This document shows positions 56,702-64,000 of a DNA stretch of 64,000 nucleotides, one piece after another. Made by a program: the position numbers and the translations under genes. This stretch comes from Eledone cirrhosa (Eukaryota): contig OZ024741.1 in assembly GCA_964016885.1 (NCBI GenBank), positions 67,766,001 to 67,830,000 on the forward strand. Reading direction: 5' to 3'. Each line of letters opens with the position of its first letter. The stretch's first letter is position 1. The notes beneath the pieces are model-generated. The model ran no database searches. It was not told where the DNA came from and was given only the letters and a program-made list of their open reading frames with translations.

Positions 56702-57520
56702 TTGGCAGTATCGGTAGAGGGTCGAACGCCCTGCTTTCCAGCATTGTTACGTCCCTTCACAGTCTGAATTCAAATCCCGCCGAGGTTAACTTTGTCTTTC
56801 GTCCTTACGGGGTCGATCAAATAAAGTACCAGTAATATACTTGGTAATTGCTGGCCTTGTGCCAAAATTAGAAACAATTATTATCAGTAGACTTTGACTT
56901 CTGCAACTTAACAATGACGCGGCGGTGAATTGGTAGTATCAGTAGAGCGTCGGACACCATGCTTTGCAGCAAAGAGTTACGGCCCTTTATCGTCTGAGTT
57001 CAAATCCCGTCGAGGTTAATAACTTTGCCTTTCATCCTTACGGAGTCGATAAAATAAAGTACCAGTAATGCACTGGGATAATTACTAGCCTTGTACCAAA
57101 AGTAGAATCAATTATTTGTCGGATGAAACGAGAACTGTTTGCAGGTTGTTAACCCTTTTGTTATCACATTTCTAATAAAATACACTAGTGTTCCAATTAA
57201 TCTTGAAAATAATCTTGAAACGGAATTTTGTAATATAACAATCTTCCTCATTACTAAGACTAGTGTTTGGAACATAACATTGCAATATTTCGTTATCACT
57301 GTCAGAGTAATAAATTGGCAGTATTGGTAGGGCATCGAAGAAAATGCGTTGCGGTATTTAGTTAGGAGTTTCTACTTCCTGAGATCAATTCCCATTGAGG
57401 TCAACTTTGCCTTTCATCCTTCCGGGGCCAATAGAATAAAGTACCAGACAAGTACTGGAGTTGATTTAATGAACGTTTCCCTTACCCCATATTTGCTGAC
57501 TTTGTAACTAAATTAGAAAT
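56702..57520 (+). mobile_element. Cluster of three co-oriented SINE S1 copies
   Basis: 56702-56882, 56920-57114 and 57312-57520. Confidence 0.85.
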
Positions 57521-58561
57521 CAGTACTTATTTACCACCCTCTACGTTCTGGCTTCATTTATATGTGTATAAATATGCACACACGCACATATGTTATCCAC
57601 TGCATGAAGTGTTGGTTTTACATATGGTTGTATTGTGACTGCGATGAATGTAGTTAAATCAAAACTGGTGGAGTGCACAATCATTACACGGTCAAAATAC
57701 GTTGTTTTTATAAGTTATGACTCTTTGTGTTCTAAATTCAAATTCCGCCTCGATACAGGAGTATACATTACAACTTTCTGTGTTCTATATAAAATATACC
57801 CGTCAACTACTATTTCAATGTATTCGATTGTAACCTTCCGCCAATGTAAATTAATTTCTGCCGCTGTTAAACGTCATGCAATAATGCTATATATCCCAGA
57901 GGTTCATCTAAACCTAGAGAATTATTAATTCTTGTAAGTTAAGGCAGTTCAGTGACATGAGTGTTTGACGGAGGCACAAAACCCTACTGAGAAGGACTCA
58001 GATCTTCATATTTCCCAGAACGATTAACAAAAGGTCTATCAAGTACTGGAACGTTTTTAGCAATTGTATATTTTATTTCAAACGTTACATTAGAATCCAC
58101 TATTCCCTGTAAATTAAGGGAAGTAGTGAATATCCTTAAAAGTAAGAGGCTATAGCTTTTCCTCACCAATACTCTATCAGTCTATCTGATCCTAAAAGTT
58201 ACTTACATCCGATAAATTTAACATATGAGGCTACAGAATATAGCCATCTCGGTTGCTATAGAGGCCAGCTCTATTTCAATAATGCAATACATCCCATATA
58301 TAGTGAAATCGCTAGCATATAACATATTATTCTATTCATGGTCCGTAATAGACGCAAATATTTCGTTTTCATAGCAGATTTCCTTATTTTTTTAATCATA
58401 TTTATCTAGTTTTCTTTGAAATAAAAAACTGACGAGAAATTAGTTTTCCCTGAAGAGCAAGTTATTCGTTGCCAGCTTCACCCCACGATAAATAAAGAAA
58501 GGGAGAAACTAAACAGATGTTCATGATAGAAGATAAGCAAATAACAATAAGAATTAAGTAT

Positions 58562-58622
<61 letters not shown>

Positions 58623-61600
58623 TTTGGCTCAATTGTTTTTTTAAATTTAACTTCTTCATTAGATTGTAGTATGATAATCTGCCGTTGAAAGATAATTATT
58701 TCCGCACACTGGTTAGTCAAAAGTGTCACTATCGTTTACAAATTGATAAACAAATGGGCAAGTGTTAAATTATTGACAAGTTGTTGATAAACTAACAGGC
58801 GTCTTAACCGTTCAGATTAAATCTCAATCTCACACATGTCATTAAGATAAAGTATAACTCAAGCATTACTTAAAAGGGAGTAAGAAGCAACAACTGGGCT
58901 TAGATGTCATTTTTATCGTTGGATGAATTAAGATTGAACGATAAATATAATTTTACAAACGTATAAAGCTTAGAGTAGCGTTACCTTTTATTTAGCTTTT
59001 TACGAATACCTCTGAAAATATCATTTAAATTGTAAGCGCATATCAACCTGTGTTCTTATTAAATAGGTTAGGTTTTATAGAGTACTAGTAAGACCTTGGA
59101 AGACTAAGATATCGTGGATCATATTTTCAATTATGACTATTCACTGATGGTACTTGTCATTCAGTGGCACAGTCGTAATGCACACACACATACGAGCGTT
59201 GGTTGAAAGGTTGGTAGGCTGTCCAAGATACTCTCACGGAATGACCAAAGCCGGAGGTGTTTGGGCTACACCAGGTACAAAGGTGCACAAGACACGCTGA
59301 ATGACAGTACAGTTCCCCTACCACTCAATCAGTAGTTACGTCTTCATGCATACAACATAGAAGACGTGGTGAATTCTCAATTATCCGAGGTTTAAAGTGA
59401 TGTAGAACACCATAGTGAGGACAGAATACTCTCGAGAAGGTGAGTTCACGATGATATAGGTCTAGTTAGAAGCTTCTGTGTTCACGTTAGCAATTTATAG
59501 CTCGAGGGAGTGATGAAATATAACGTTTATGTAATATAAAACCTTTGTGCACTGGCAGAAACGTCGGATAAAAGGCCATTGAATATTTGTTCAGACTCTT
59601 TACATTCTGTGTTCAAATCCCGCCAAGGTCAACTTTATCTTTCATCCTTCTATGGTAGATGAAAATTGGTATCAGTCAAATTTGTTTTATCCGTTTGTAT
59701 TTCTTTTTTACTCCGAAAAAGAGAAAGAAACACTCGATTGAAGAAGGAAAATAATGGGATTGTATCCAAAATACTAAAACTCCTAAATCCTAAATCTGGA
59801 ATACATCCAAAAACAGAAATCTTTAAATCCATAAATTAGGAATAGGACGGAAAACAGACGAAAAAATATATTTAAAAAACGCTGTCTTAATGTATTAATC
59901 AATCAGAAACAAAACCCAAATCAAAACTTGCTGCAGTGAAGCCATTTGAGATATTTATGAGAGTCTATTATATTTCATCCTCAATGTATATGTCGTATTT
60001 TGTTTAGTTTTTCTTTTTCGTAGTCTATGTGTAATGTTGAATGAGCAGAAACGGTAGAGCGTTGAACGAAATGCTTTGTGATATTTATTTCAGCTTTTGA
60101 ATTCTGAATTCAAATCCCGTTGATATAAACTTTTTAACTTTCCGAGATTTATAATTAAATTACTTCAAGCGGGATGATATCTAGTGTCTGAGTTCAAATC
60201 TCATCGAGGTTGGTAGACCTTTTCGCCATATTTAACGCTACCTCTTGCCATGGCAAGTATTTGGAACAAGCCTCTTGCTTCATGATGTATATATTCCTCC
60301 CCCATACAGTTTTGGAGGTCATGAAAAGGATCGAATAAATGCTCTTCATCTTGACTATGTGATAAAAATCACTGTTATTGAGCTTGATTTTCTTGATGTT
60401 GTCTAATCGAGGTCTTATGGTCAAAAGGTATTTCAGGCATGATGATCCCATCTTTTTTATAGGAGTGTATCTAAAACTGAATTATTCCATGTATGTTTCA
60501 TTTTGTTAAGACAGTAATATCCAATTTGGGGAGATTTAGCGGCCATTTTTAATATTTCCTACAATAATATAAAGTTTGGCAGATTAGCTCGCGTAGCTCT
60601 GTCAAGCCTTTTAGGTGAACATAAATGGTTAAATGCGACGTAAAAATGTCCGCGTCTTTCCTCATTATTCTAAGTTTATATTCTGATCAAGAGGAGAAGG
60701 GGACAAGTTATCGGCTTCGCGGTTTCATTCCATTGGGGATGTCAATAAACAAAGATAAACGGGTTACCAGTCAATATGAATATAACCTAAATGATATGGT
60801 GGAGAGGATAACCACCGAAGAGAACTAACATTTCAAATTCTATTATCCTCACCATAAAGTGTGTTTGTGATAAGTATCCAATATCGAATACATCGAGTTT
60901 TAAGTAGGTTCTGTTTTAATGAAAGGAGTTATTTTTTAAACTAAACTCCTTTCGACTTTAAGTTGATATAAGAGTATTTCACTTTGCATGTGGGACTGCA
61001 TTTCGAAACCTGATTTAAATGAATTCAAACCTGCCAAACTCTAAAATCCCAAACGGGTGGGGGGTACCATGAAAAAACGTGCCACAAAACGGGGGAAAAT
61101 GAGCCAAAATTAGGAGTTTTTACATATTGAAAGCTATACCCATTTTTACAAGAGAAAACATCTCTCACCCACCCCAAAGTGGGTGGAAGATCTCTCCATC
61201 GGACAGGGAGAAGTAACAGGTCTGTAAATTAAGTACAATGCATGCACTAAGGTTAACTATTTCTTCCAATCCATCGCATCATAACGATATTATACTATCT
61301 TTATAAAACGTATGAGGGAGTGTTAACATAAGTATTAGAGTATTGAATAAAAACCCTTTCTGAACTCAAATATAGCTGTCGTTTGCTTTTCATGCGCCAA
61401 AGGTTCGATACAATCAAGTAAAGAATCGAATTGTTCGAATATATTCTCTGCGATCTGTTGTCACTTGTGTTTACGTAAGTAGGATTTGTTGTGTAATCAC
61501 AAGCTGGCTTTTCAATGCATTTTAGCGAGGTTCGTGTGCGTGCCTATGTAGATATATGTATGTATGTATGTGTGTTTATGTGTATTTGTGTTTCGAAGTC

Positions 61601-62667
61601 ACTGCCACTTTTCTACGTAGAAAATAAATTTCTACATTTTACTCACTCGTATTGAGTGCTCAATCAGTTAATGTTTGAATATTTTAAACACTACGGCATC
61701 TTGAAGAAGCATTCTAACATATGCACATGTGTGTGTGTGTGTGTATTTATGTATGTGTGTGCGTGCAGCGATGTATATGTGCTTATTTGTATGTGTTTGT
61801 ATGTGTGTATATATATATGTATGCATGTATGTGCCTGTGTATGAATGTATTATGTACTTACCTACGTACGTGCATATGTATCTGTGTATATATGCATGTA
61901 TGTATGTGCATGTATGTATGTGCATGTATGTATGTATGTATGTATGTATGTATGTATGTATGTGTCTGTGTATGAATGTATTTATGTACGTACGTATGCA
62001 TGTATGTATATATGTATGTATGTAAGTATGTATGAATGTATGTATGTATATATATATATATTTACTCATTGTTCGTAGAATGTCGCTAGAGAAGTGAATG
62101 CGCTGTTGATATTCATTGAAGTTCTGTAACTGACAACGTTGTGCCTGACCAGTGAGTAAATAAACGGGCAGATAACTCGCGCTAGTCTGTCGTTATATAA
62201 ACAATACAAAACCACTTGAAAATGCCTGATTCCCTACCGACTGTGTTTTTGATACAACCATATAATATTTAGGCATTTACACAACCAGTTTTACATAACA
62301 ACCAAATCTCCTTCAAATAATCACACACACCCTTCAGTCTAAGGAGACAAGAATGTATATTTTGAATAATGTTGTTTTCATAGGATAACGTTTCCATCAT
62401 ACACACTGAGCTAGAACATTTTCAAAAGATTCAAAAGGATTTTAACACCTGATCGTTTGCTCCCAGTCTATAACAGTAACTTTCGAGGTCGATAAATAAA
62501 CGGCCTGTAAAATATTCGGTTCAATTCTTCTTTTATATCTCTTTCTCACTCTCCTTCCCGGGAAGATAGGATGTGCTCCGCTAGTCTTAAAATGTCCAAC
62601 AAACGCCGTATATTATGACGGCGCCACTGTGACTCCATCAGGAGTTACGGGTCCATACGTGTATAAA

Positions 62668-63065
62668 TAATTGTTTCTACTATTGGCACAAGGCCAACAA
62701 TTACCTCAGTACATTACTGGTACTTTATTTTATCCACCCCGTAAGGATGAAAGGCAAAGTGGACCTCGGCGGGATTTGAACTCACACCATAAAGGGGCGT
62801 AACTCTATGCTGCAAAGCATGGCGTCCGACCTTCTACTGATACTGCTAATCCCCCTGTATAAATAATGGTTTCGAATTTAGGCTGAAGGCCAGCAATTTG
62901 TGGGAGGGAAAGTTAAGTCGATTAACTCGACTCCAGTGCATGAGTGATTCTTTATTTTATCCACCCCGTAAGTATGAAAGGCAATGCTAACCTCGGCGGG
63001 ATTTGAACTCAGATGCTACAGATTCATGGTGTCCGATGCTCTACCGATACTGCCAATCTACCGCT
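62668..63065 (-). mobile_element. Two tandem SINE S1 copies
   Basis: 62668-62853 and 62863-63065. Confidence 0.85.
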
Positions 63066-63414
63066 CTTATACATGTATTAATAATGAGTGTAGCATTAGT
63101 ATCAGGACCATGGCTGTTTGTTTGTGTGTGTTGTATGTGGCTGTTATAGGAATTGCCTGTGGTACACGTGGGGTCCTTCATAGTCAGCTACATCTCGTCC
63201 ATGATACAACATTGCGAAATTGGAATTATGCATAGTGAATGAAAATCAATACAATTGTTAGCTACATATAAAATTACTATTTCACGTGTCCTTGTAATAG
63301 AAATTCTAGTGCGCTACTTGTGGGCTTGTCCGTATTGGTGTGGTAGTGGTAGTGGTGGAGTTGTAATATAAGAGTGATAGTAGTGATGTTGATGTGAATA
63401 GACACAATTATCAT

Positions 63415-63665
63415 AGCCATCATCACTATAATAACCACCACCACCACCACCACCACCACCACCACCACTACTACCACCACCGCCACCACCACCATCATCG
63501 TTATCATCATTATTATTATTATCGTTATATCAAAGGAACAATATTATTATTATTATTAGTAGTAGTATTATTATTATTAGTATTATTATTATTAGTATTA
63601 TTATTATTAGTATTATTATTATTATCATTATCATCATCATTATCATCACCATCATCATCATCTAT
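63415..63665. repeat. Compound trinucleotide microsatellite (CAC/CAT/TAT/TAG)
   Basis: Direct inspection. Confidence 0.9.
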
Positions 63666-64000
63666 AACAACACAAGTAACTGCAACACCAATGATATATC
63701 GACACAAGAACTGCAGGCAGTAACAACGACAAGCTCATCTGCAGCAGCCACAACAGCTGTAGCTTCCGCAGAAGGGGCACCAACAGCAGTAGTAGCAAGC
63801 TAGAACGACATCAGCAAGGACAATTTCCACGTTTCAAAACAGCAAGTGTGATAGTAGTTGTAGCATTACATATATAAATATTAACATCATCATCATGACC
63901 AGCAATAACAGTACCATTGATTAGTCCCCCCCCCCCTTCTTCTTTCTCCTGCTCTGCCTTCTCCCTGCTTTATCTACTTCCGCATCATAAATATTATGGC

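Noticed and set aside
60194-60451. 85-aa minus-strand ORF
   Set aside because: Only a faint resemblance to an R4-type post-RT region; not supportable as a gene

Overview
This is an AT-rich, microsatellite-saturated animal genomic window with no recognisable host gene. The repeat landscape resembles a cephalopod such as Octopus, but that is inference only. Almost all short ORFs in the track are artefacts of (TA)n, (CA)n, (GA)n or (GAA)n repeats. Real coding content is transposon-derived: a near full-length but disabled Tx1/L1-clade LINE inside a (CTAT)n tract (16.8-22.6 kb), a second Tx1 3' end and two 5'-truncated Dong/R4 RLE elements stacked in (AAT)n (23.4-28.4 kb), several RTE relics and a Neptune-type Penelope-like (PLE) GIY-YIG relic (38.0-38.9 kb). 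There are many tRNA-derived SINEs, a Helitron-type element and MITEs. The main hidden signal is that the short 'unique' islands between (TA)n tracts are mostly PLE-type termini from at least seven families. Together they carry about 10 canonical and about 10 variant or decayed minimal type I hammerhead ribozymes, found by eye. Most are arranged as asymmetric inverted repeats in which only one arm has a 3' tail. One island (29.6-29.8 kb) is a complete tRNA-like head fused to such a 3' end and inserted with the same inverted geometry, which makes it a candidate Penelope-mobilised SINE. Coordinates were counted by hand and may be off by a few bases.
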